A stretch of DNA of 64,000 nucleotides, taken from assembly GCA_947594935.1 (NCBI GenBank), contig CANQEM010000002.1, positions 3,100 through 67,099 of the forward strand, read 5' to 3'. Numbering within the stretch: the stretch's first letter is position 1; every line of letters begins with the position of its first letter. A program made the position numbers and the translations under genes. The notes under the pieces were generated by a model. The model searched no databases. It saw nothing but the letters and a program-made list of their open reading frames with translations, and was not told the origin of the DNA. The stretch comes from an uncultured Clostridia bacterium. GTDB taxonomy: Bacteria; Bacillota; Clostridia; TANB77; CAG-508. Of this stretch, positions 49,545-58,990 are shown one piece after another.

Positions 49545-49573
49545 TTGACTTTTTTTTGATATTGTGATATATA
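49545..49573 (+). promoter_or_regulatory. Promoter of the MNT gene; its -35 box straddles the cassette/repeat junction
   Basis: TTGACT (49545-49550), 17-nt spacer, TGaTATATA extended -10 (49565-49573). Confidence 0.55.
49550..49565. repeat. Right copy of the perfect 16-bp direct repeat TTTTTTTTGATATTGT
   Basis: Exact match to 48554-48569, 996 bp away. Confidence 0.9.
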
Positions 49574-49606
49574 CTTATAAGAGTTTTAGAAAGGAGATGT
49601 TTTTAT

Positions 49607-49954
49607 ATGCAGGTATTACCAGATAATATTGAGATGATTGTAAATGAATTTGTAAATAATGCGGTTGAATTACTTGGAAATCATTTAAAGCAAATAATTT
49701 TATATGGTTCTTATGCAAGAGGCGATTTTAATTCTAATTCTGACATTGATATTATGATATTAGTTGATCTGGAAGATAAAGAACTTGAAAAAAAGTCTGA
49801 TGAGATTGTTGAGATGGCTTATGATATAGAGGCAAATAATGATTTTTTAATACATTTATCCCCTTTAGTAAAAAATATCGATTCATTTAATTATTGGTTG
49901 GATACAATACCTTTTTATATGAACGTTAAGAGGGAAGGAGTGCCTCTACATTGA
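49607..49954 (+). CDS. Minimal nucleotidyltransferase (MNT/pol-beta superfamily), no adjacent HEPN gene
   Basis: LYGSYARGDFNSNSDIDIMILVD matches the GS-x10-DxD motif. 115 aa. RBS AAAGGAG. Confidence 0.8.
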   Translation: MQVLPDNIEMIVNEFVNNAVELLGNHLKQIILYGSYARGDFNSNSDIDIMILVDLEDKELEKKSDEIVEMAYDIEANNDFLIHLSPLVKNIDSFNYWLDTIPFYMNVKREGVPLH

Positions 49955-50004
49955 GGTATATCTGCATATAAAAAATTATAAAGACTAAAAAATGAAAGGG
50001 TGCT

Positions 50005-50511
50005 TTGGGTATGTCAGCTTTACCGCTTTTTGTTAAGTATTTATTAACTGGGTTTATTGGAATGATTCCTATTATTGAGCTTAGGGGGGCAATTCCTGTG
50101 GGAGTATTTACTTTCCACTTAAATTATTTAGAGTCGTTTCTTTGTAGTTTTATTGGAAATATCATTCCTGTTTATTTTATAGTTAAATTCATACGTCCAT
50201 TATTTGATTTTTTTGGAAGATGGAAACCTTTTAAAGTTATTATTGACTGGGCTTCAAACAAGGCTACAAAAAATATTGAAAATAACCCTAGATTGCAAAA
50301 TTTTGCAGCTCTTGGACTATTTCTTTTTGTTGCAATCCCTTTACCTGGAACAGGTGCTTGGGTGGGTTCTTTAATTGCAAATTTCTTAGACTTGCCACCT
50401 AAAAAAGCAATCCCACCTATTATCATAGGTGTTCTAACTGCTGGAATTATAATTCTTATATTAACTGCAATTGCAAATGGTGGAATACAGTATTTGTTGC
50501 AAAGAGGATAA
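50005..50511 (+). CDS. Small membrane protein of the 'small multidrug export' (COG2426) family
   Basis: IPIIELRGAIPVG motif, 4-5 TM helices. The ATG at 50011 is an alternative start. Confidence 0.6.
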   Translation: MGMSALPLFVKYLLTGFIGMIPIIELRGAIPVGVFTFHLNYLESFLCSFIGNIIPVYFIVKFIRPLFDFFGRWKPFKVIIDWASNKATKNIENNPRLQNFAALGLFLFVAIPLPGTGAWVGSLIANFLDLPPKKAIPPIIIGVLTAGIIILILTAIANGGIQYLLQRG

Positions 50512-50515
50512 TTTT

Positions 50516-50546
50516 AAAAGGAAGCCAGTGAAACTTCCTTTTTTTA
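50516..50546. terminator. Bidirectional terminator between convergent genes
   Basis: AAAAGGAAG-9 nt-CTTCCTTTT with a T-run. Confidence 0.6.
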
Positions 50547-51662
50547 TGCTTTTGGAGTAACAAAATCCTCCATTATTAACTTAATTACTGCTGCTACTGG
50601 CACCGCTAAAAACATTCCGATTATTCCAAAGTATGCTCCACCTACTGTTACTGCAAAGATTACTAGTAGTGGACTTATTTTTAGTGAATTTCCTATTATT
50701 TTTGGATTGATTATATTTGCATCTATTTGTTGTAAAACAATAACTGAAATTGCCATTACAACTGTTTGACCTACACCGCCAGTTATAAATGTGATGATTA
50801 TTGCAATTATTACAGCAATAATTGCACCAATATATGGAATAATATTAAATAGTCCTATCATAAAGCCTAGTAACGGTGCATATTTTACACCAATAATGCT
50901 CATTGCTATTGTTGCTAAAATTCCAATTATGATTGCATCGATTACTTGGCTACCTACAAATTTAAAAAATAGTTCATTTGCTTGACCAAAGTATTTATCT
51001 AGATGTTTGTATGTTTTTTCTCTTAATAGTCTTTTTGCTAATTTCTTTAAGAAATTTTTGATTGATTCTCTCTGCAATAAAATGTATATTGATACTATTA
51101 TTGCTACAAACACATCAAATACTGCTAAAAATACATTAAATAAGTTTTGCACATATTCTAAAATTCGTTCATTGTTTAAACTTAATAATTCTGATATGTT
51201 GATTTCTTGTATATTCTGAACAATGCTCATTACAAGATCACTTTTGAAAAATGAATCTTCTGATATTTCACTTATTTTATGTATTGCTGTTTCATAATAG
51301 TTTTGTGCATTTGAAAATAGTTCAATTATGCTATCACGCAAGACTGGGAAAATTACATTTATTGCAATTGATAAAACCAAAATTGCAATGACATAGGTTG
51401 TTAGAACTGCTAAACCTCTTGCCTTTTTTTGAATGAATTTGATTTTACTTGTTTTATATGCTTTTTCAATTGCTCGTTCTGGTAGCATTAGAATATATGC
51501 AATAAAAATTCCAACTATGAATGGTCGTAGAACTCTAAAAAATGTGGCAAACCACTCTTGAACATTTCCAAAGTTGTCTAAGATTTTATAGGTAAGTATT
51601 CCCAGCACTATTAGTGATAGATTTGAAAACCACCTTTTCCAGTTAATTTTTCCTTTTTCCAT
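50544..51662 (-). CDS. AI-2E family transporter (PerM-like permease)
   Basis: About 8 TM helices. C-terminal IIPYIGAIIAVI..LQQIDANIINPKIIGNSLKISPLLVIFAV block typical of the family. Confidence 0.8.
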   Translation of the reverse strand: MEKGKINWKRWFSNLSLIVLGILTYKILDNFGNVQEWFATFFRVLRPFIVGIFIAYILMLPERAIEKAYKTSKIKFIQKKARGLAVLTTYVIAILVLSIAINVIFPVLRDSIIELFSNAQNYYETAIHKISEISEDSFFKSDLVMSIVQNIQEINISELLSLNNERILEYVQNLFNVFLAVFDVFVAIIVSIYILLQRESIKNFLKKLAKRLLREKTYKHLDKYFGQANELFFKFVGSQVIDAIIIGILATIAMSIIGVKYAPLLGFMIGLFNIIPYIGAIIAVIIAIIITFITGGVGQTVVMAISVIVLQQIDANIINPKIIGNSLKISPLLVIFAVTVGGAYFGIIGMFLAVPVAAVIKLIMEDFVTPKA

Positions 51663-51677
51663 TTTTTACCTTCCTAT

Positions 51678-52436
51678 CTACAAAATTTCTATATCTAGCC
51701 CTACTGGGCAATGGTCACTACCCATAATTTCTGGGTAAATGCTTGCTTCCGTAATGTTTTCTTTTATTCTGTCTGATACAATAAAATAGTCAATACGCCA
51801 ACCTATATTTTTTTCTCTTGCTCTGCCCATATATGACCACCATGAATATGCTTCTTCCTTTTCTGGATATAAATATCTATATGTATCAACAAAACCTGCA
51901 TTTAGCAGTTCTGTCATTTTTCCTCTTTCTTCATCTGTAAATCCTGCATTTCCTCGATTTGATTTTGGGTTTTTTAAGTCAATTTCTTGATGTGCTACAT
52001 TTAAGTCTCCACACATTATTACTGGCTTTTTTGCGTTTAGTTTCAAAAGATATTTTCTCATTTCGTCTTCCCATACTTGCCTATATTCTAGCCTTTCTAA
52101 TTCGCGTTTTGCATTTGGCGTGTACACTGTAACCATATAGAATTTTTCAAATTCTAATGTGATAACTCTGCCTTCTTTATCATGCTCTGGCTTTCCTATT
52201 CCATAGATTACTGTTTGTGGCTTTATTTTTGTATATATTGCTGTTCCAGAATAGCCTTTTCTTTCTGCACTATTATAATATTCATAATATCCTTCAAATT
52301 TTAAGTCGATTTGATCTGGTTGGCACTTTGTTTCTTGTATGCAGAATATGTCTGCATCTATTTGCTTAAAGAATTCGCTAAATCCTTTGTTTACACATGC
52401 TCGTATGCCGTTTACATTCCATGATATAAGTTTCAT
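51678..52436 (-). CDS. xth: Exodeoxyribonuclease III
   Basis: MKLISWNVNGIRA..CIQETK..GDLNVAH..SDHCPV. Confidence 0.92.
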   Translation of the reverse strand: MKLISWNVNGIRACVNKGFSEFFKQIDADIFCIQETKCQPDQIDLKFEGYYEYYNSAERKGYSGTAIYTKIKPQTVIYGIGKPEHDKEGRVITLEFEKFYMVTVYTPNAKRELERLEYRQVWEDEMRKYLLKLNAKKPVIMCGDLNVAHQEIDLKNPKSNRGNAGFTDEERGKMTELLNAGFVDTYRYLYPEKEEAYSWWSYMGRAREKNIGWRIDYFIVSDRIKENITEASIYPEIMGSDHCPVGLDIEIL

Positions 52437-52510
52437 GATATTCTCCTTTAAAAAAGTCTCTATGCTTTTATTTTACTATATTTTGCCAAAAAAATCAACT
52501 AGCCACATAT

Positions 52511-52546
52511 AAAAAAGAATTCTTAGCTTTATAAGAATTCTTTTTT
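52511..52546 (-). terminator. Rho-independent terminator after the G5-domain gene
   Basis: AAAAAAGAATTCTTA-6 nt-TAAGAATTCTTTTTT. Confidence 0.75.
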
Positions 52547-52551
52547 AGTTT

Positions 52552-53562
52552 TTAAAAATATACATTTCCACCTATATATGTTCCTGAGTGAGTTCCAGCT
52601 GCTCTAAATGATAAGTAATTATGGTTTCTTTTTCCGTTTAAAGCATCTGTTACAGCTTGTTTTACAAATGAAGCATAGTTACCATTTAAACGTTTCCTCC
52701 AATTGTTGTCAATTGAATAACAGAATTGACCTCTTGCTTTGTATTGGCTAAGTGGATCTGTTCCGCCAACTCTCCTCCATTTTGCACTTTCTGCTCTATT
52801 ACATGCACATGTGATTACTGCTAATGCACCTGCATAACTTGAGCTACTTTCTTGGGCTGTTATTGCACATAATAAATCGAAATCACTTGCTGAATATGAC
52901 CATTTTCCACCACCATAAGAAACTACTGATGTTCTTGATGATGTCATTCCTCTTGTTGTTACTTTTTTATTTACTTGTACTATTTTGTTTACTGGTTCTT
53001 TGATTACTACTTCTGAAAGTACTGTTTTTTCAATTTCGGCGTCATTTTGATATTTTACTTTGTAAGTTACTTCTTTTAAACCTTCTACGCCTTGTTGAAT
53101 TACCTTATTTTCAACATCTTGATCTGTTCCTGCGGTATTTTTTGTTATTGTTTCATAAGGAATTGCAACTTGCTCAATCACAATCTTTTCTGTGATTGGT
53201 GCATAATTCTGCATCAATTCATCTAATGATGTTTGAACTCCTTGTTCTGAAACTTCTGCTATTTTTATTTCATTATAAGTTTTATCTGTAATTTTTATCA
53301 CTGTTCCAGCTGAAATTTTCTCATCTAACGCTGGGGTTGTCTTTTGTGTGTCATCTAACATTATATGGTTTTCTTCTAAAACTTCTGCTACTGTTTGCTT
53401 GTTTGTTAATGCTGTTAGTTCATATCCATTTTGTAATGTTATTCTGACGTCTGTTAAATTTGTATTTACCGCTAAAACACTGATTCCTGATATTAAGATT
53501 AAGATAATGCTTACACAGATAATCTTGATGATTGAAAGCGAAGCGTTCTCTTGATTTTTCAT
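52552..53562 (-). CDS. YabE-like cell-wall protein: TM anchor, DUF348, G5 domain, C-terminal SleB-like hydrolase domain
   Basis: G5-like YETITKN..VIQQGVEGLKEVTYKVKY. C-terminus AQESSSSYAGALAVITCACNR resembles the Hydrolase_2 family. Follows tatD, as in the Bacillus yabD-yabE arrangement. Confidence 0.65.
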   Translation of the reverse strand: MKNQENASLSIIKIICVSIILILISGISVLAVNTNLTDVRITLQNGYELTALTNKQTVAEVLEENHIMLDDTQKTTPALDEKISAGTVIKITDKTYNEIKIAEVSEQGVQTSLDELMQNYAPITEKIVIEQVAIPYETITKNTAGTDQDVENKVIQQGVEGLKEVTYKVKYQNDAEIEKTVLSEVVIKEPVNKIVQVNKKVTTRGMTSSRTSVVSYGGGKWSYSASDFDLLCAITAQESSSSYAGALAVITCACNRAESAKWRRVGGTDPLSQYKARGQFCYSIDNNWRKRLNGNYASFVKQAVTDALNGKRNHNYLSFRAAGTHSGTYIGGNVYF

Positions 53563-53598
53563 ATCTTTTTTCTTACCTCCTTTGGCAATACATTTATC

Positions 53599-53627
53599 AT
53601 TATACTATATCTTGGACAATTTGTCAA
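53599..53627 (-). promoter_or_regulatory. Perfect-consensus promoter of the YabE-like gene
   Basis: Minus strand: TTGACA (53622-53627), 17-nt spacer, TATAAT (53599-53604). Confidence 0.65.
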
Positions 53628-53688
53628 ATTTTGTTAATTCTTGTCCCATTTGTGTTTGAAGCTATCTAATATACTATATGTTTTGATA

Positions 53689-54483
53689 TTAGCGGATATG
53701 AGTAATTTTAAATATTTTACATGTATTTTCAAAGGTCATTTTTTCAACTTCTTCTACATCTAGTTTTTTAGCTTGTGCAATTTTTTTTGCCACTAATTTT
53801 ACATTTCTTGGGTCATTTCTTGTTCCGCGCACCGGCTCTGGCGCTAAATACGGGCTGTCTGTTTCAATTAGTAGTTTATCATTTGGCACTAAGTTTATCA
53901 TTTCATCAGCATTTTTTGAATTTTTAAATGTTATTGGACCTGCAAAAGAGATATAAAAGCCAAGTTCTAGTGCTTGTTTAATTAGTTCACGGTTTTGTGG
54001 GCAACAGTGGAATACTCCTTTTTGATGAACTTCGTTTTCACGCAATATTCTTAAAGTATCATCTACTGCATCTCTTGTGTGTATTACAATTGGCAATTCT
54101 AATTTATTTGCAAGTTTGATTTGTTCTATAAAGGCTTTTTGTTGCAAGTTTCTTTGAACTTCATCTTTTTCCCAGTAATAATCTAAACCTATTTCCCCTA
54201 TTGCTACAATTTTTTCCGAATTTTGCTGTACAATTTTTTCGATTTCAGCAATGTTTTTCCACAGTTCTTCTTCATTTTGTGGAATATCATTTGGAGAAAT
54301 TCCGCAAACTGCATATATCCAATCATATTTTCTTGCTAGTTCCACAGCTTTTTTTGAGGCTTCTAAACTGTAACCAGCAGATATTACATTTGTAATACCT
54401 GCTTTTCTTATTTCCTCTATTAAGTTCAATCTGTCTTGGTCAAATTTTTCATCATCCAAGTGGCAATGACTATCAAAAATCAT
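53689..54483 (-). CDS. tatD: TatD family metal-dependent hydrolase/DNase
   Basis: MIFDSHCHLDD..EIGLDYYW..VIHTRDA..ETDSPYL. Confidence 0.9.
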   Translation of the reverse strand: MIFDSHCHLDDEKFDQDRLNLIEEIRKAGITNVISAGYSLEASKKAVELARKYDWIYAVCGISPNDIPQNEEELWKNIAEIEKIVQQNSEKIVAIGEIGLDYYWEKDEVQRNLQQKAFIEQIKLANKLELPIVIHTRDAVDDTLRILRENEVHQKGVFHCCPQNRELIKQALELGFYISFAGPITFKNSKNADEMINLVPNDKLLIETDSPYLAPEPVRGTRNDPRNVKLVAKKIAQAKKLDVEEVEKMTFENTCKIFKITHIR

Positions 54484-54498
54484 TTTTGGTTTCCTTTC

Positions 54499-54852
54499 TT
54501 ACAATATTGCAACTGCATAAGCTACTGCAAATTCCTTACAATGTGATATGCTAATTTCTATGCTTTCAAATTCTTTGTTATGCAGTATGATATGTGGTTT
54601 TCCTGTTTTGTCATTTTCTACTTCAATGCTTTTCCAATCTATTGTTGGAGTTTTTTCTGATATTGCTTTGAATACCGCTTCTTTTGCCGCAAAACGTGCT
54701 GCATAGTGCTGATACTTTTGATTTTTCTTTGATTCACAATATTGAATTTCTTTTTCTGTATATATTTTTTTCAAAAATCTGTCGCCAAGTTCTTCAATTG
54801 ATTTTTTTATGCGTGCAATTTCTATTATGTCAGTCCCGCAATATATTTTCAT
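54499..54852 (-). CDS. acpS: Holo-[acyl-carrier-protein] synthase
   Basis: IYCGTDIIEIARI..FAAKEAVFKA..SISHCKEFAVA. Confidence 0.9.
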   Translation of the reverse strand: MKIYCGTDIIEIARIKKSIEELGDRFLKKIYTEKEIQYCESKKNQKYQHYAARFAAKEAVFKAISEKTPTIDWKSIEVENDKTGKPHIILHNKEFESIEISISHCKEFAVAYAVAIL

Positions 54853-54871
54853 GTATAATACTCGTCCTTTC

Positions 54872-56395
54872 CTATTCTTTGTTGTAATAATTCATATATA
54901 AATCTTCGCCCAAGTGCCATCTTCCAATGAATTCTACTAAAAGATTGTCTTCTAAGTCATATATTGGCTCTTGCACAACTTTTCCATCTTTGTCAATCGA
55001 ACCCCAAGAACCATCTTTTTTGATACCTGCAAAGCCATATTCATTTTGAGGTGTTGCATCATCATATTGGTAATCTACAACAACTTTACCTTCTTTATCA
55101 ACAAAGCCATATTTGCCATTTTGTTTTTTGATAAATAAAGTTCTGTTTGGAAAAATTTGATTTTCTTCTTTTTCTTCAAATTTAAAAGTATAGTATTTAT
55201 TTTCACCATTTTGTAATAATTGTAAATATCCTTCTTCTGTGTTGCATTCTATTAGCATCCCAGTTAATTTTACTTGGAAATTATTATCTAAAATATCTGC
55301 TTCATAATTTTCTTTTTCTGCAATATATATGTCTGCTGTTTCTTGATAGATTATATTTGTGTATTGCTCTGCAATTTTTTGCTCACCTTTTGAAGTTATA
55401 ATTCCATATTTTCCATTTTGCTTATATATTAAGAAACCTGTTTTTGCCTCAGATAAATCTTCATATTTAGCTTCTTGTGTTACTTCCCCATTTAGGTTCA
55501 TAATTCCGAACTTTCCGCCTTTTTCAAAGATAACACCTTCGCCTTCTGTTTTTAATATTTGCTTGATTTTGTCAAAGCCCTCTGTTAAAATTTCGTTTCC
55601 GTCTTTATCAATTAGTACTTGCTTTCCGCCTTTTGTTATAACATACATATTATTTCCATAGATGTTTGTAATTTCTTCATATTCAAATGGTAAAACTGTG
55701 GTTTCTGAATAACCGATTATTCCATATTTTCCACTTTCGTCTTTTACGATATAGTTTGTACTGTGCTTTTCTCCTAATGGTTGTATGTCTGCATAATTTG
55801 TTTGTATTAAGATTTTGCCTTCTATACTTGCAATTCCATATTTGCCATTTTTCTTGATACGTAAAGTTCCTTCTACACCTTCTAGTGATGAAATTTCTTC
55901 ATATTCTATTGGCAAAATTTCCTTGCCGTCATAATTTATTGCTCCATATTTGCCATCTTTTTCAACTTTTAATATGTCTTGCTCATACCACAAATGGTTG
56001 TTGTCCTTGTTTGGCAATGCTTCTATACCTTCATATTGAGTAAGAATTTCTTCATTTTTTGCATTAAGTGCTTTTGTTTTATACTCTCCGGTTTGGTAGT
56101 CTACATCATAAGTGCATAAAAATATGTCTATTTTTGAATCTGGAATAACTATCATTTCCTCATAAGAAGGGTTTATTACTGATTCTCCGTTGTTATCTAT
56201 TACTCCCCATTTGCCATCTTCGTAACTTGTGAAGTAGCTACTACTTTTAATTATTTCATTTGGTTTATTTTCAGAAAATAAATTTTTCAAAAAGTAAATA
56301 AACATGATGATAATTGCAATTGCAACGATTACTGCTATTACTTTTTTCATATTTAATTTTGGTTCATTGTCAAATCTTCTTCCTTTACTACCCAT
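54872..56395 (-). CDS. Membrane-anchored WG-repeat (KWG-type beta-propeller-like) protein
   Basis: N-terminal TM helix, then at least 9 repeats of the G(K)(Y/W)G(V/I)I(D/N)..G type. Confidence 0.7.
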   Translation of the reverse strand: MGSKGRRFDNEPKLNMKKVIAVIVAIAIIIMFIYFLKNLFSENKPNEIIKSSSYFTSYEDGKWGVIDNNGESVINPSYEEMIVIPDSKIDIFLCTYDVDYQTGEYKTKALNAKNEEILTQYEGIEALPNKDNNHLWYEQDILKVEKDGKYGAINYDGKEILPIEYEEISSLEGVEGTLRIKKNGKYGIASIEGKILIQTNYADIQPLGEKHSTNYIVKDESGKYGIIGYSETTVLPFEYEEITNIYGNNMYVITKGGKQVLIDKDGNEILTEGFDKIKQILKTEGEGVIFEKGGKFGIMNLNGEVTQEAKYEDLSEAKTGFLIYKQNGKYGIITSKGEQKIAEQYTNIIYQETADIYIAEKENYEADILDNNFQVKLTGMLIECNTEEGYLQLLQNGENKYYTFKFEEKEENQIFPNRTLFIKKQNGKYGFVDKEGKVVVDYQYDDATPQNEYGFAGIKKDGSWGSIDKDGKVVQEPIYDLEDNLLVEFIGRWHLGEDLYMNYYNKE

Positions 56396-56408
56396 TTGCG
56401 CCTCCTAA

Positions 56409-58778
56409 TTATTTTTCCAAAAATTTACATACTAGCACACTCATATCATCTTTTGCAACTCCATATTGATTATCAATTGATTCATTTAAAATTATATCTG
56501 CAATCTTCTTTGTATTACTTGTTTCTATATCTTCTAATAAATACCTTACCCATAATTCTTTATTTTTGTATTCAACATTTGAATCCAAAATTCCGTCTGA
56601 ACACATCAAAATAATATCTCCACTTGATATGTCTTTATCATAAATTTGTAAATCGCTGTTTGGTACAATTCCTGCTGGAAGTGAATTTGCTTTAATTATT
56701 TGCACCTTTGAGCCGTTCTTTATATATGTTGGGCATGCACCACTTTTAATAAATTCAATGTTTCCTTTGTATAAGTCGATTATAGCAATGTCTAGTGTGG
56801 CAAAGATTTCTTTGTTTTGGTCTATAAGGCTGCTATTTATTAGCTCTAATGATGTTTCTTTTTGGAAGCCTGCTGATAAAAGATTTTCTAACATTTTTAA
56901 CGCCTTTTCACTGCTTTCTCTTGCAGATTTTCCAGAGCCCATGCCGTCACTTATTGCTATCAAATATTTGCCGTCCTTTAACCTAACATTTAAAACACTA
57001 TCGCCTGACATCTCACTTTTGCTTTTGATAGAATCTGCTGAGCCTATTGCCATAACAAATTTATCATCTGATATGAAGTTTAGCCTATTCCCTAAGCTTT
57101 GTTCTTCATTTAATATTATTTTTTCTTTTAAAACTTCACTTAAAATCTTTTCGATTACATCAATTTTATTTTTATGAATTTGATCAATATATAGTTCTAC
57201 AAAAAATCTTTCTTTCTGCTTTATTGAAAGATCTTGAAGTGTGATTTCTTTTTGGTTTAATTTTTCAATTATTTCTTTTTGTTGTTCTTCAAATTGACCT
57301 TGTTTTGCAATTTCTTTTTCCATATCTTCTGCTAAGTTTGAAATTGCTTTTGACATGCCTTTTAATTGATTCTGCATGTTCTTTTTATTTTCTTCTATTT
57401 TTTTCTGCCAGATAAAACTTGATTTACTAATTTTATATGACATGTTTATTACTCGAACCATTTGATTGGTGCTGTCATCTAAGCCTACAATATAGCTATT
57501 GCAATCTGCAAATATTTCGATTAAGTCGTCACTGTTTATTTCTTGCTTATCTATTAACCTATTAAAGATTTTTTCTACTATTGGGCTATTTTCTTTGCTT
57601 ATATCTTCATATAGCATGTTTTGCTCATAGCCTCGCAAATTATCTAGTAATTCTCTTGTAAAAATTTGCAAGTTGCTTTCAACCTTTTTCTCTGGTTCTG
57701 GTTGATATGCTTTTGCCATCTGTTCCAAAGTTTCTGATACATTGTTCAACTTTTCAGCAGTTTGCTTTGTTTGAGTTAAAGTTCCACTTAGAGATGTTGG
57801 CAAATATTTGTCACCACCTAAAAAGTCTGATATATTTATTTGAATTGACTTTGGTACTGCTAATAGTCCAATTGATGCAATCAGAATTTCTTTAAAGTAA
57901 ATTAGTTGTGCTGTATATCCATTTGAGATATATGCTAATATTACATTTCCTAGGCAGAAACCTATTATGACTCCTATTTTTCCAAATCTATTCAAAATTC
58001 CAGCTAACATACCAGAAATTGCATAAGCTGCAACTAATACTGGTTCTGCTGATGTGATAACACCTAATGTTACGCCTATTGTAACACCTGCTGTTGTACC
58101 TACTAGTATTCCATTTTTCCAGCCTAGTACTAATACAATTAAAATACTTAAAATGTTGCGGATTGAAAAACCGGCTATATTGAAATCGCCAAAGCATGTA
58201 AAGCTGATTGCAAGTAATAAACTGGCTCCTAGAACTTCCTCTATTGAAAAGGCTTTGTGTTCGCCTATGCTCTGTAAAACGTCTATACTGTTTACAAATA
58301 TTTTGTAAAATACTGATGAAATTATTGCAATTGATATGATTGATAAAATATCATACATTGTAAAGCCTGCAAACATTATTTTAGTTATTCCAATTATTAC
58401 TGTCGCAATAAAAATATGTTTTGCTAAACGCATCTTTTCATTTTTTTCGGCTTCTTGATACATTGGCTTGATTATAAATGTAGATACGATTAACACTAGT
58501 GATATTAGTAAATAATTAAATGCGCCTTCTAGTCCAAATGAAATTGCATTTCCGATTAAGCCTGTTATTGCTATTCCTAGTAATGGAACTGAATTTGACA
58601 TACATGCTGCTAGCATACTGATACTAAAAGGAGATACCCCTCCCCCTAGTCCTACAAGTGATATCATAAATGAAACTATATATATTGGTATATAACTTAA
58701 AGAAAACACATTTGAAAAAATGCTTTCTTTTTTTGGCTTTGCATATTCTTCTTTTATGTTTTGGAACATCCTTACCAC
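56409..58778 (-). CDS. spoIIE: Stage II sporulation protein E (PP2C phosphatase)
   Basis: About 10 N-terminal TM helices, central domain, C-terminal PP2C (AISDGMGSG..MCSDGILD). Confidence 0.9.
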   Translation of the reverse strand: MVRMFQNIKEEYAKPKKESIFSNVFSLSYIPIYIVSFMISLVGLGGGVSPFSISMLAACMSNSVPLLGIAITGLIGNAISFGLEGAFNYLLISLVLIVSTFIIKPMYQEAEKNEKMRLAKHIFIATVIIGITKIMFAGFTMYDILSIISIAIISSVFYKIFVNSIDVLQSIGEHKAFSIEEVLGASLLLAISFTCFGDFNIAGFSIRNILSILIVLVLGWKNGILVGTTAGVTIGVTLGVITSAEPVLVAAYAISGMLAGILNRFGKIGVIIGFCLGNVILAYISNGYTAQLIYFKEILIASIGLLAVPKSIQINISDFLGGDKYLPTSLSGTLTQTKQTAEKLNNVSETLEQMAKAYQPEPEKKVESNLQIFTRELLDNLRGYEQNMLYEDISKENSPIVEKIFNRLIDKQEINSDDLIEIFADCNSYIVGLDDSTNQMVRVINMSYKISKSSFIWQKKIEENKKNMQNQLKGMSKAISNLAEDMEKEIAKQGQFEEQQKEIIEKLNQKEITLQDLSIKQKERFFVELYIDQIHKNKIDVIEKILSEVLKEKIILNEEQSLGNRLNFISDDKFVMAIGSADSIKSKSEMSGDSVLNVRLKDGKYLIAISDGMGSGKSARESSEKALKMLENLLSAGFQKETSLELINSSLIDQNKEIFATLDIAIIDLYKGNIEFIKSGACPTYIKNGSKVQIIKANSLPAGIVPNSDLQIYDKDISSGDIILMCSDGILDSNVEYKNKELWVRYLLEDIETSNTKKIADIILNESIDNQYGVAKDDMSVLVCKFLEK

Positions 58779-58835
58779 CTCGAAACTTTTTTATAAGCAT
58801 ATTTTACTACTTGTCCTTTGTATTTTTTGTCTTTT

Positions 58836-58842
58836 TTCGTCA
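58836..58842 (-). promoter_or_regulatory. Candidate Spo0A box upstream of spoIIE
   Basis: Minus strand reads TGACGAA (TGNCGAA), about 60 nt upstream of the start codon. Confidence 0.3.
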
Positions 58843-58941
58843 CTTCATTTAAAAAAGTTTTCTACAAAAAGTGATTGTTTTTTTGTGTTTGTATAATTTT
58901 TCAACTTTATTGTATTATATTTTCCATAAAAATGCAATAGT

Positions 58942-58976
58942 AAAAAGAGAGAATTCTTTTTCAGAATTCTCCCTTT
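58942..58976 (-). terminator. Rho-independent terminator after the 1591-aa surface protein gene
   Basis: GAGAATTCT-5 nt-AGAATTCTC followed by a T-run on the minus strand. Confidence 0.75.
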
Positions 58977-58990
58977 TTATCTATCTGCCT

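Larger units (their letters stand above)
48570..49549 (+). mobile_element. Candidate horizontally acquired single-gene cassette (no recombinase or transposase of its own)
   Basis: Bounded by the 16-bp direct repeat. Carries its own promoter, RBS, ORF and GC-rich terminator. GC and codon usage differ sharply from the flanks. TCAAT (48571-48575) and ATTGA (49544-49548) form 5-bp inverted termini. Confidence 0.5.
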
